A DNA stretch of 64,000 nt from the IMG/VR virus record IMGVR_UViG_3300035670_000139. The stretch is one strand, 5' to 3'. Position 1 is the first letter of the stretch. Each line of letters begins with the position of its first letter. Under the pieces are notes generated by a model. It ran no database searches and was not told the DNA's origin. It saw only the letters and a list, made by a program, of their open reading frames with translations. The translations under genes were made by a program, and so were the position numbers. This stretch comes from a virus. Its lineage: Duplodnaviria; Heunggongvirae; Uroviricota; Caudoviricetes. Shown piece by piece: positions 50,044 to 58,340 of the stretch.

Positions 50044-51309
50044 TTAAATCAATATTCCGTCTTTTGCAGAGTAGACTAAATCCATTTTAGAAGTGTCAAT
50101 CCTTCCTTTAATAGATTTTTTACCGCTATCGGTAATCGGGTCTTTGTAGACATCTTGCCAAACTTCTTTTCCGTCTATATTCAGACAAATTGCAGATGTT
50201 TTATAAGCAAATTTTAAAGTATCCCTACTGCAATTTTGCATTAAATCACCACCAGAGCCAAAGACAAAATTAGCAGGTGAAAACATTTTATCAGTAAAGT
50301 GTTGTAAAATATTTTCTATTTGCTTTGCGGTAATACCATCTCCCCAAAGAATACGATATTTTTTAAATAATTTGTAACCTTTGTCATTTGTAGTAAATTG
50401 CACTTTATTTTTATCAAAAATTTCTAACATTTTTGTAATAACTTCAATAGGGTTGCCACTGTCAGGTCTAATAACCCAAATCGGATAAGAATTACTTTCA
50501 ATTCTATCTTTCATGGAACCTGATGTTTGAAAATCTGTTGCTTTGTAAATATCATAGCTATCAGATACACAAGCGACAATAGAATAACTTTTAAATGTTT
50601 CTAATAAATTTTCCATTGCTTTAAATTCATTTTCCCTGCCCCAGCTCGTAATAGTTGAATGCTCCGATGCAGGAACGGAAAAGCCAGTTTTTGCATGTAA
50701 GACTGCATTAAAGTTATCAGTCCCTTTAAATTGAGTTAAATGAGCCATGCCACCTATTTTAGCACTTTCAACACTACTTGAACCTCTATCTCCAAAGTTG
50801 TGATAAGCAAAATCAACCCCAGCCACATCCTCGCCAGCTTTTTGATAAAAAGATGTTATCATTTGTTTAATGTAATAACATCTTGTTGCTATTGTAGTCG
50901 GATACCAAAGTTTCAACAAGTAAGTTTCTAAAAAAGAAGGCAACCAAAAATAGTTGTTATCGGTATTTTCTACAACAAGCAAAGGTTGTGAAATGTCGTG
51001 TAATTCATTTTCTTTTACCGCATATATATTGATAGGTAAATGTATATGTCCTTTTTTATTTTGTAAATTCAAACCATCAAAACCTTCTTTGTTATATGGT
51101 AAGCCATGTTGCTCTACAAGTTTTTGCCAATCTATTAGTCCATTTTGATATGTATTTAAACCATATAAATGTTCTTTTAAACCAGTAAAAAACACTTTTT
51201 TGAAGCCTTCGTCTGAGCCTCTGGCGGAAAGATAACAATGTATTTTTTTTGTGTTTTTAGGGTATTGTAAATAATGTGAAAATTTGTAAGAGTCCGTTAA
51301 GTGTAGCAT
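50044..51309 (-). CDS. nadV: Nicotinamide phosphoribosyltransferase (NAMPT/NadV)
   Basis: N-terminal LHLTDSYKFSHYLQYPKNTKKIHCYLSARGS matches NAMPT (NTDSYK.tHy.QYP). 421 aa. Confidence 0.8.
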   Translation of the reverse strand: MLHLTDSYKFSHYLQYPKNTKKIHCYLSARGSDEGFKKVFFTGLKEHLYGLNTYQNGLIDWQKLVEQHGLPYNKEGFDGLNLQNKKGHIHLPINIYAVKENELHDISQPLLVVENTDNNYFWLPSFLETYLLKLWYPTTIATRCYYIKQMITSFYQKAGEDVAGVDFAYHNFGDRGSSSVESAKIGGMAHLTQFKGTDNFNAVLHAKTGFSVPASEHSTITSWGRENEFKAMENLLETFKSYSIVACVSDSYDIYKATDFQTSGSMKDRIESNSYPIWVIRPDSGNPIEVITKMLEIFDKNKVQFTTNDKGYKLFKKYRILWGDGITAKQIENILQHFTDKMFSPANFVFGSGGDLMQNCSRDTLKFAYKTSAICLNIDGKEVWQDVYKDPITDSGKKSIKGRIDTSKMDLVYSAKDGILI

Positions 51310-51326
51310 AATTAAAAATAAAAAAA

Positions 51327-52124
51327 TTACAAAGCATTATTAAAAATATCAAAACAATCAATAACTTGCAACTTCTCGTTATCTTGCGGTTCAAGAATAC
51401 TTGTTGAGTTTGTTGTGATAATTTTGTTGATATTGTTACATATTTTTTGCATTTTATATCCATAAATTTCATTATCATACATTCTATCTATTTTTGATGG
51501 TCGTATTGTTTTAATTAAAAATCTTTTCGGAACAAAACAATGCAACACAAACACATTCACCTCCTCAACTCCGTATTTTTCTTTCAACTCTTTGGCGATT
51601 TGATTTGCTTTTTGAAGCTCGGATTGTGTGCCGTGATGGAGGAAGATTGTAAGTTTTGTAAAATCTTCTATTCCAGTGCAATCCGAAGAAGTGCAAACTA
51701 ATTTATTACAACGATGTTCTATTTTAGGATAAACAAATACACGAGAATAATCTATAGTATTTGTTAATTTGTCCGTGTAATATGTTTCGCAATCCTCACT
51801 ACTCAAAAACAAAACCGCATTATCCTCAGGGATATATTTTGAAAGGTTGGGAGTTATGTCGTCTAAAGTATAAATATTTTCAAACGATGGTAAAAAATCA
51901 ACTGCAGCAACATTTGGAAAGTAAGGTAAATATAGATTACAAAATTCAGTATAAGGATATAATTGTAAAAATGGAGTTATATCTAAAAATGGATTTAGTT
52001 CCCCAACCTTCAAATCAATATACAAATCTTTTGCATTTGTAAAATCAAAAGCCTTAGTGCATTCCTTGTCTTTAAAAAACTCAACTTCTAAAAGCTCATT
52101 GCGTTTGTGGTATATTTTTTGCAT
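51327..52124 (-). CDS. Paralog family A, copy 1 (unknown function; conserved C-terminal ITTNSTSILEPQ..KLQVIDCFDIF module)
   Basis: 265 aa. N-terminus MQKIYHKRNELLEVEF matches copy 2. The final ~97 bp is ~96% identical to a segment in copy 2. Confidence 0.55.
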   Translation of the reverse strand: MQKIYHKRNELLEVEFFKDKECTKAFDFTNAKDLYIDLKVGELNPFLDITPFLQLYPYTEFCNLYLPYFPNVAAVDFLPSFENIYTLDDITPNLSKYIPEDNAVLFLSSEDCETYYTDKLTNTIDYSRVFVYPKIEHRCNKLVCTSSDCTGIEDFTKLTIFLHHGTQSELQKANQIAKELKEKYGVEEVNVFVLHCFVPKRFLIKTIRPSKIDRMYDNEIYGYKMQKICNNINKIITTNSTSILEPQDNEKLQVIDCFDIFNNAL

Positions 52125-52130
52125 ATAATA

Positions 52131-52547
52131 CTATAAATAAGTTTTGATAATTTCATTAATATCATTCTCTGTTATTACTCCACCAGTTTTTACTCTAATT
52201 CTTAAATTTCGCAAAACAGCAGAGTAGTTATATGGTAAAGCAATAAGGCTATTAGCTAAAACTTCACTATATTTTCCACCATATAATTTGTTATCATATT
52301 CCGATTGCCACACTTTTGCTATTTCTCGTAATCCATCCAAGCATCTCTTAATTTCAAACACTTCTGGCAAGTCTTCATCGTTTTCCGTTATAATAGAAAT
52401 CAACTCAGATATTCTATCTAAAAAAGGACACACCACATAAAGTTCATTTTTACTATTTCTAATTTTAAGCGGTGGAACATTTTTCTTTTTTGTCATATAA
52501 TAATTAAGAAATTTCTGTAAAAGTTTCATATAAAGATAACGCCCCAA
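52131..52547 (-). CDS. Paralog family B, copy 1 (unknown function)
   Basis: 138 aa. The N-terminal YMKLLQKFLNYY is shared with the ORF at 53697-54011. Confidence 0.45.
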   Translation of the reverse strand: MGRYLYMKLLQKFLNYYMTKKKNVPPLKIRNSKNELYVVCPFLDRISELISIITENDEDLPEVFEIKRCLDGLREIAKVWQSEYDNKLYGGKYSEVLANSLIALPYNYSAVLRNLRIRVKTGGVITENDINEIIKTYL

Positions 52548-52674
52548 TAAAAAACTGTGCTGCTGTTAAATTGCGAGTTTTTAAAATATTATGATATTTT
52601 TCCGCAACCTTTTTTGTCAAATGCAAAACTAACATTTCCTCACCTTCTTCTAGGTCTATTTTAGTTATATCCAT
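52504..52674 (-). CDS. Possible small ORF between A2 and B1 (internal Met start)
   Basis: Track ORF 52504-52734 starts inside A2 on duplicated DNA. The internal Met (MDITKIDLEEGEEMLVLHL...) gives a 56-aa product. Uncertain. Confidence 0.2.
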   Translation of the reverse strand: MDITKIDLEEGEEMLVLHLTKKVAEKYHNILKTRNLTAAQFFIGALSLYETFTEIS

Positions 52675-52697
52675 ATTATGCCAAACAAAAATAATAA

Positions 52698-52890
52698 AAT
52701 TACAAAGCATCATTAAAAACATCAAAACAATCAATCACCTGCAACCTCTCGGTATTTTTAGGTTTAAGAAGTCCTGTTGAGTTAGTTGTTATGAAAGCAT
52801 CATTAAAAATATCAAAACAATCAATAACTTGCAACTTCTCGTTATCTTGCGGTTCAAGAATACTTGTTGAGTTTGTTGTTATGATTTTGT
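52698..52890 (-). repeat. ~96-bp tandem duplication of the A-family 3' coding end (third copy at 51326-51428)
   Basis: 52794-52890 is ~96% identical to 51326-51428, and 52698-52795 is a more diverged copy. Together they encode IITTNSTSILEPQDNEKLQVIDCFDIFNDA / FITTNSTGLLKPKNTERLQVIDCFDVFNDAL. Confidence 0.85.
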
Positions 52891-53662
52891 CAAAAGGCAA
52901 TTTTGATATATACTCTTTTTGTCTTTTTGTAAAATCTTCTTTAAAACTTTTTTCACTACCTACAATGATACCAATATCAATACAAAATTTGTATGCCTCA
53001 TCTGCTGACTTAGAATACATTTCGTTAGCAAAAGACATATAACTTTGTTCCAAATCACTTTCTTCTAAAAAACAGTGTAATCTAAACAAATTTACTTCTT
53101 TAACTCCGTATTTTTCTTTCAACTCTTTGGCAACTTCATTTGCTTTTTGAAGTTCAGCTTGTGTGCCATGATGGAGGAAGATGGTTACTTTATTAATAGG
53201 ATTTTTTACAAACTCATTAATAGCATCAATACTTCCTTTAAGTGTTACTTCATCAAGCCCATCATTAGCATAAAGTCCAATATAATGACCTTGAAAACAT
53301 TGCATATATCTTTCACAGTTCTCACCACTCAAAAACAAAACTGCATTATCCTCAGGGATGTATTTTGATAAATTAAATTTATATCCAGTCTCGTCACATT
53401 GTATATCATTTAAAGTTATTAAAAGAATTTTTGAATTAAAGTTATCTTTATATCCTAAATACCAACATGGAGTGTATATTACTGCACTTAAATCTAAAGC
53501 AAAAAGTTTATTACTTAAAGCTATAGCTGGAGTGCAATCCCCATCCTTCAACTCAATATACAAATCTTTTACATCCGTAAAATCAAAAGGGATTTTGCAG
53601 TCTTTATCTTGGTAAAACTCAACTTCTAAAAGCTCGTTGCGTTTGTGGTATATTTTTTGCAT
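52700..53662 (-). CDS. Paralog family A, copy 2 (320 aa; C-terminal module duplicated in tandem)
   Basis: Shares the N-terminus, the PEDNAVLFLS[SG]E[DN]CE motif, TIFLHHGTQ[SA]ELQKAN[QE][IV]AKELKEKYGV and the C-terminal module with copy 1. Confidence 0.55.
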   Translation of the reverse strand: MQKIYHKRNELLEVEFYQDKDCKIPFDFTDVKDLYIELKDGDCTPAIALSNKLFALDLSAVIYTPCWYLGYKDNFNSKILLITLNDIQCDETGYKFNLSKYIPEDNAVLFLSGENCERYMQCFQGHYIGLYANDGLDEVTLKGSIDAINEFVKNPINKVTIFLHHGTQAELQKANEVAKELKEKYGVKEVNLFRLHCFLEESDLEQSYMSFANEMYSKSADEAYKFCIDIGIIVGSEKSFKEDFTKRQKEYISKLPFDKIITTNSTSILEPQDNEKLQVIDCFDIFNDAFITTNSTGLLKPKNTERLQVIDCFDVFNDAL

Positions 53663-53696
53663 ATAATAATTAAGAATTTAGTATTTTTAATATTTT

Positions 53697-54011
53697 TCAA
53701 GAAGTATAGTAGTAATCATAACAGTAACTACCATAATAGTCACTACTTTTATTTTCAATATCAAACAATGGTAATTTTTTTTGTTTCATAAATTTATTTG
53801 CTTTTTGTATTGTTTTAATATCTGTTTTTAATGGTCTAAACATGTGTAATGTATTACTATCATCATCGCATATTGTAGCCCAAGGCGATACTTGTTTTGC
53901 GTGAATATGTAATCTATATGGTGGTTTATTATATTTATGGTATGTTGGTTTCTTGTAATAATTAAGAATTTTTTGTAAAAGTTTCATATAAAAATAATAA
54001 AAACTAACCAA
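53697..54011 (-). CDS. Paralog family B, copy 2 (104 aa, diverged)
   Basis: Shares the N-terminal YMKLLQKILNYY with B1. Confidence 0.4.
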   Translation of the reverse strand: MVSFYYFYMKLLQKILNYYKKPTYHKYNKPPYRLHIHAKQVSPWATICDDDSNTLHMFRPLKTDIKTIQKANKFMKQKKLPLFDIENKSSDYYGSYCYDYYYTS

Positions 54012-54576
54012 TTAATTTACTTATATTTTCCCAAACTTGTGAAGTTTGCTCGTGAAGTGGTTTTACGATGTCAAAATACCAATATATCATTTCTTCATCT
54101 TCATCTCCATCTTCTTGTTCTAAATATTTAATTATTTCTATACAAATACAATGATTGTCCAAGCGTTTTTTTTCGGGTAATATACATGTGTTTTTAACTG
54201 CAATATCTATATCTTGTATTGTAATTTTATTATCATTTTTAAGGTTTGATAACAAAAGTAAAATATCTTCAAGAGTTATTGGTCTGCCAAGAATTTCAAA
54301 ATTATATTCATATTGCCAATCGTAAGGTTCGTTTTGGTCTTGATATGTAAAATCAGTACATCTATAATAGTCTTTTCTTGAGGGCGTATGCCTTGTAAGT
54401 GTATTGTCAGCAATATTAAGACCATATATATTTGCTTTGGCATTATAAAACAAACAACCATCTTGATGAGCCTCCATCTTTAAAGCCTCCTCCAAAGATT
54501 TTACCTCAGGATGTCTATTCATCATAACCTTTTCCCATATTTTTTTGTAATGCGGGTTTTCTAGTGCTTTTTGCAT
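54004..54576 (-). CDS. Hypothetical protein, first gene of the minus-strand operon
   Basis: 190-aa ORF with an acidic C-terminal stretch (EQEDGDEDEE). Confidence 0.45.
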   Translation of the reverse strand: MQKALENPHYKKIWEKVMMNRHPEVKSLEEALKMEAHQDGCLFYNAKANIYGLNIADNTLTRHTPSRKDYYRCTDFTYQDQNEPYDWQYEYNFEILGRPITLEDILLLLSNLKNDNKITIQDIDIAVKNTCILPEKKRLDNHCICIEIIKYLEQEDGDEDEEMIYWYFDIVKPLHEQTSQVWENISKLIG

Positions 54577-54593
54577 ATAATCAAAATTACAAA

Positions 54594-54693
54594 TGGCGTC
54601 CGTTCTTTGACTTCATTGTTTTATTACCAGTAAAACAGTTAAAGGTTGTGATTACACAAGAAGAACGGACATAGAACTTTAACTTTTACTGGT
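54594..54693 (-). promoter_or_regulatory. Structured 5' leader (10-bp stem GTCCGTTCTT/AAGAACGGAC enclosing 53 nt; alternative 10-bp pairing ACCAGTAAAA/TTTTACTGGT)
   Basis: Stem halves at 54598-54607 and 54661-54670. The alternative pairing is 54626-54635 with 54684-54693, which cannot form at the same time as the first stem. It lies between the predicted transcription start and the ATG at 54576. Confidence 0.35.
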
Positions 54694-54699
54694 GATTAA

Positions 54700-54728
54700 A
54701 TTGTAAAGGGTTGTATTTCAAAAGTCAA
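54700..54728 (-). promoter_or_regulatory. Sigma70-like promoter (minus strand): TTGACT, 17-nt spacer, TACAAT
   Basis: The reverse complement of 54723-54728 is TTGACT; the reverse complement of 54700-54705 is TACAAT. The upstream sequence AAATAATCTTTTT is shared with the minus-strand promoter at 55548-55576. Confidence 0.5.
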
Positions 54729-54828
54729 GTAAAAAGATTATTTTTTTTGTTAAAATGGTTGATTAGTCAAATCCATTGCTGTCTCAGTCCAAATTTTAAA
54801 GCTTTCCAAAGCTTGGTGAAATAACATA

Positions 54829-55503
54829 TTATTTTGCATTTAAAACACTACCAACAGGATACACTTCTTTATTTTTAATTAACACAAGGTCTGTTTGTGG
54901 ATTAATACCAAACCATCTAACAAGCACACCAGAGAATAAGTCGTATCTTAAAGCATTTAATTGTTGCAATTTAGTATAATATTCCTCTCCATATTGAGAG
55001 TTTGCTATCTCTAATAACTCGTGTGCTAAAATATTTTGTCTATCTATTAACGCTTCAAGATTTTTTAATTTTTCACCACTTCCTCTTTCAATATCCCCTA
55101 ACCCATTAAAACCATTAACATTTTGAGACAATGGTGCAGAGTAAATTGATATTCCGTTTAAATTTTCAACTTTAACTTGAACTTGATATTTATCAGCTAC
55201 TTTGTTGATTAGTGCCTCAGTTTTTAATAATTCTCTTTTAGCATTATTATATTTTGCTACATTGATTGATATAGGTTTCATATAGGTAACCTCAGTAATT
55301 AATGTGTTATATTTGTTAATTGATGGTAATATGGAATCAGTTAAGCTCACGTGTTGAAAAAGCATTTGTATTATAAAAAACACTCCACAAAGCATTCCAA
55401 AACCTATTGAGGAATCAGAACCTTGTTTTTCTTTTTTTATTGTTAATGTTAAACATACTGTAGATATAATTAGGAACACACTGGTAATCAAAAGATAAAA
55501 CAT
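54829..55503 (-). CDS. Membrane-anchored coiled-coil protein
   Basis: N-terminal TM helices plus a coiled-coil region. 224 aa. Confidence 0.45.
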   Translation of the reverse strand: MFYLLITSVFLIISTVCLTLTIKKEKQGSDSSIGFGMLCGVFFIIQMLFQHVSLTDSILPSINKYNTLITEVTYMKPISINVAKYNNAKRELLKTEALINKVADKYQVQVKVENLNGISIYSAPLSQNVNGFNGLGDIERGSGEKLKNLEALIDRQNILAHELLEIANSQYGEEYYTKLQQLNALRYDLFSGVLVRWFGINPQTDLVLIKNKEVYPVGSVLNAK

Positions 55504-55547
55504 ACTTCTTACAATAATAATACAAAATTTTACAAAATACTTGTAAA

Positions 55548-55576
55548 ATCTTAATCTATTGCTTCAACAATGTCAA
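55548..55576 (-). promoter_or_regulatory. Sigma70-like promoter (minus strand): TTGACA, 17-nt spacer, TAAGAT
   Basis: The reverse complement of 55571-55576 is TTGACA; the reverse complement of 55548-55553 is TAAGAT. About 40 nt upstream of the start at 55503. Confidence 0.45.
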
Positions 55577-55657
55577 GCAAAAAGATTATTTAAAAAATTC
55601 TTGATATTTCAAAAATACTACTTTACAATCTAAAATAATATTATTGAATGTAAAAAT

Positions 55658-56317
55658 ATGTTAGCAACTGCAATTTTAAGTAGTATAGGTGGAATGTTGG
55701 GTGGAATAGCACAAGATTGGACAAAATACCATATAGATAAAAAAGAAAAAAATAATCAAAATGAATTAGAAATTAAAAAAACAAAAGAACTTGCTGACTA
55801 TCAATTTGAACTTGATAAAAAAAGAGCAGAGGCTAATCTTGATTTAGCTAATATTGATTTGCAAAAAACACAAATAGAAGCTAATATACAACAATCTAAT
55901 TTAGCTATAGCTGAGCAAACAACAGAACAAAGTTATTTCAATAACATTACTCAAGCAACAATTGACCCTCTTGATTATCAAGTGCCATTTTTACAAATGC
56001 AACCTTATACAGACTCCACACTTGCAAATACTGTTATTGGATTTACTAATTTTATATATGGTCTTGTAAATGCTACAATTGGTTTATGCGGTATTGTTAA
56101 ATATTTAAGAGAAAGTTTAACTCTTACTAGACCTTATCTTACTGGGGCTTTATTCTTTGCATTTGTTAATAGCATTCCATTATTAGCACCAGAGGATCAA
56201 AAAGAAGCGGTTGCATGCTTAGCATACACCTTAGACTTTGTTTTAGGTTTTTGGTTTTACGGAAGACGAAGTGAAAAAATGGGTAATATATTTCAAAAAA
56301 AAAAATTAATACCATAA
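55658..56317 (+). CDS. Membrane protein upstream of endolysin (holin/lysis-accessory candidate)
   Basis: N-terminal TM (ILSSIGGMLGGIA), coiled coil, C-terminal TM helices. Immediately precedes the lysozyme gene. Confidence 0.35.
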   Translation: MLATAILSSIGGMLGGIAQDWTKYHIDKKEKNNQNELEIKKTKELADYQFELDKKRAEANLDLANIDLQKTQIEANIQQSNLAIAEQTTEQSYFNNITQATIDPLDYQVPFLQMQPYTDSTLANTVIGFTNFIYGLVNATIGLCGIVKYLRESLTLTRPYLTGALFFAFVNSIPLLAPEDQKEAVACLAYTLDFVLGFWFYGRRSEKMGNIFQKKKLIP

Positions 56318-56319
56318 AT

Positions 56320-56871
56320 ATGCAAAATAAAATAAATCAAAACAATGTTCGATTAAACACAACTCAGCCAAAGGTATTGCCTTCTAAACCAGATTTAAAA
56401 ACAAAAGCAATAGAAAAAGCATTTAATTTTCTTAAGCAACCTAATATTGAGGGCATTAAGTTAAAATCATATCAATGTCCCGCAGGCGTATGGACTATTG
56501 GAATTGGAACAACTGTTATTAATGGTAAGCCAGTCACAAGCAATTTAACTATAACATTAAAAGAAGCGGAGGAGTATTGTAAAAAAGATATTGAAAAATG
56601 TTTAAATTCAATCTGGTCTGATGTATGGTCTTATAATGCTAATCAAATTGCAGCTATAATATCTTTTGTGTATAACTTTGGATATGGTGCTTGGCAAAGT
56701 TCAACTTTAAGAAAGATTATTGTAGCAAATCCAAATAATTTTGACGCTATAGCAAATCAATTTAGAAGGTGGATTTATGTAGCGGATCCAAATACAAAAC
56801 AAAAAAAGGAATCAAATGGTTTAATAAATCGTAGAAAATTGGAGATTCAATTATATTGTAGCAATATTTAA
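56320..56871 (+). CDS. Endolysin, GH24 (T4/lambda-type) lysozyme family
   Basis: IEGIKLKSYQCPAGVWTIGIGTT matches the T4-lysozyme core ([21 protein letters not shown]), with the catalytic Glu in IEG. Confidence 0.7.
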   Translation: MQNKINQNNVRLNTTQPKVLPSKPDLKTKAIEKAFNFLKQPNIEGIKLKSYQCPAGVWTIGIGTTVINGKPVTSNLTITLKEAEEYCKKDIEKCLNSIWSDVWSYNANQIAAIISFVYNFGYGAWQSSTLRKIIVANPNNFDAIANQFRRWIYVADPNTKQKKESNGLINRRKLEIQLYCSNI

Positions 56872-56872
56872 C

Positions 56873-56901
56873 TTGACATTTAGAATAATATTATATAGCA
56901 T
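56873..56901 (+). promoter_or_regulatory. Sigma70-like promoter: TTGACA, 17-nt spacer, TAGCAT
   Basis: acTTGACAtttagaataatattataTAGCAT, upstream of the gene at 56941. Confidence 0.4.
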
Positions 56902-56940
56902 TTACCAGTAAAATATTACTAAGTTTTTTTAAAGTTAAAT

Positions 56941-57819
56941 ATGTTTTCAAAAGCTACATTAAAAAAAATTGTCTCCGCAGCTTTAAATGAGAATGATGCA
57001 ATTTTTTTTCTTGATAACAACACTTGCAAAAAATACAAAAAATATTTTACAAAGCATAAAGTATATTCTATTGAAAACACTAAAGAAATTAAAGAGATTA
57101 GCAAAGGTAATGGAACCGCAATAATCTTTATAGAGTCTTATAACGATACATCTATTTTACAAGCAAACAAAGTAGCAAAAATCTTTAAAGATAGCGAAAA
57201 ATATGCTAAAGTATGTGTTTTAGCTTTAGAATGTGGCGAGGTAAAACCAGTGCCTTTATATGTAATTTTATATTTTGATGTATTAATTACAACAAATTCC
57301 ACAGGGGTTTTACAACCTCAAAAGATAGAAGATTTAATTGTTATAGATGTAAGTCAAGAAATTCAACAAGACAATAAAAACAAGCAAAGATTGCAAAAAT
57401 ATCGTGATAAATTTTTTGATTTCTTGGGGTATCCTCTGTCAGCAATGGCACATTCCTTTATATTTTTAGTAATAATCAGTAATTTACACGATTATGGAAT
57501 AATCAAAACATATAATACTTCTAATGTTTTAACAGTAATGGCATTAAGCGGATGCTTGCTTTGGATTTTAACTCAATTATCATTTGTTATATCTAATTAT
57601 GTTATTAAAGCTTACAATTCAACGACACAAACTATTGAACCAAGTAAAATGACCGCTACTTCAAAAATCGGACAAGTTATAGAAAAAATATTATCTTTCG
57701 TAGCTTTTATCATTATTTTTCCAATTATATCTACTATAGATTTAATAATAACAAGTGTTGGTATTATTGACAAACTTTGTCTAAAAGTTAAAAGTTTGTT
57801 TAGCATTAAGAAAACATAA
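56941..57819 (+). CDS. Membrane protein whose N-terminal domain is homologous to the A-family C-terminal module
   Basis: TAIIFIESYNDTSILQANKVAKIFKD...VLITTNSTGVLQPQKIEDLIVIDV parallels TIFLHHGTQAELQKANEVAKELKE...IITTNSTSILEPQDNEKLQVIDCFD. The C-terminal half has 3-4 TM helices. Confidence 0.5.
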   Translation: MFSKATLKKIVSAALNENDAIFFLDNNTCKKYKKYFTKHKVYSIENTKEIKEISKGNGTAIIFIESYNDTSILQANKVAKIFKDSEKYAKVCVLALECGEVKPVPLYVILYFDVLITTNSTGVLQPQKIEDLIVIDVSQEIQQDNKNKQRLQKYRDKFFDFLGYPLSAMAHSFIFLVIISNLHDYGIIKTYNTSNVLTVMALSGCLLWILTQLSFVISNYVIKAYNSTTQTIEPSKMTATSKIGQVIEKILSFVAFIIIFPIISTIDLIITSVGIIDKLCLKVKSLFSIKKT

Positions 57820-57838
57820 TTTTAATAATACTTAAAAT

Positions 57839-58339
57839 ATGAATGACGCATTTGATTTATTTGCGGAAAAATACACTTCAACACTTTGCGGAATTGTTGC
57901 TTTTGTTGTGTCTATATTTACTATCAAATATAATAATCCCGTAGTGCTGGCTTGGCTTGATATTACTAGGTGGTTTTTGTTTGGATCTGGAGTTTTGAAT
58001 TTTATTTATTTCCCTATTTTTGTAAAAAACGCAGTAAAAGCATCTACATTTGATGATGATATAGATATGTTTTATCCAGCATTACAACTGTTAGAGCAAC
58101 ATCCGCAAGAAAAAAAAAGATTTTACAGACATTTTGACAAAATCACATATAGCTCTTTACTTGTAGCTATAATAACAATGTTCTACCCAAATCTTTGTAA
58201 TTTTTACCAGTATCACACGATATACATATCAATTACTATGGGGCTTACGGCGTATATGTTCTCGCAAATTGTTATTGTATATGTAATTTTGGATAAATTC
58301 AAAAAATACTCTCGGAAAGCTCGTAAGCAATCTAAGTAA
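57839..58339 (+). CDS. Multi-pass membrane protein
   Basis: 166 aa with ~4 TM helices and a basic C-terminus. Confidence 0.4.
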   Translation: MNDAFDLFAEKYTSTLCGIVAFVVSIFTIKYNNPVVLAWLDITRWFLFGSGVLNFIYFPIFVKNAVKASTFDDDIDMFYPALQLLEQHPQEKKRFYRHFDKITYSSLLVAIITMFYPNLCNFYQYHTIYISITMGLTAYMFSQIVIVYVILDKFKKYSRKARKQSK

Positions 58340-58340
58340 A

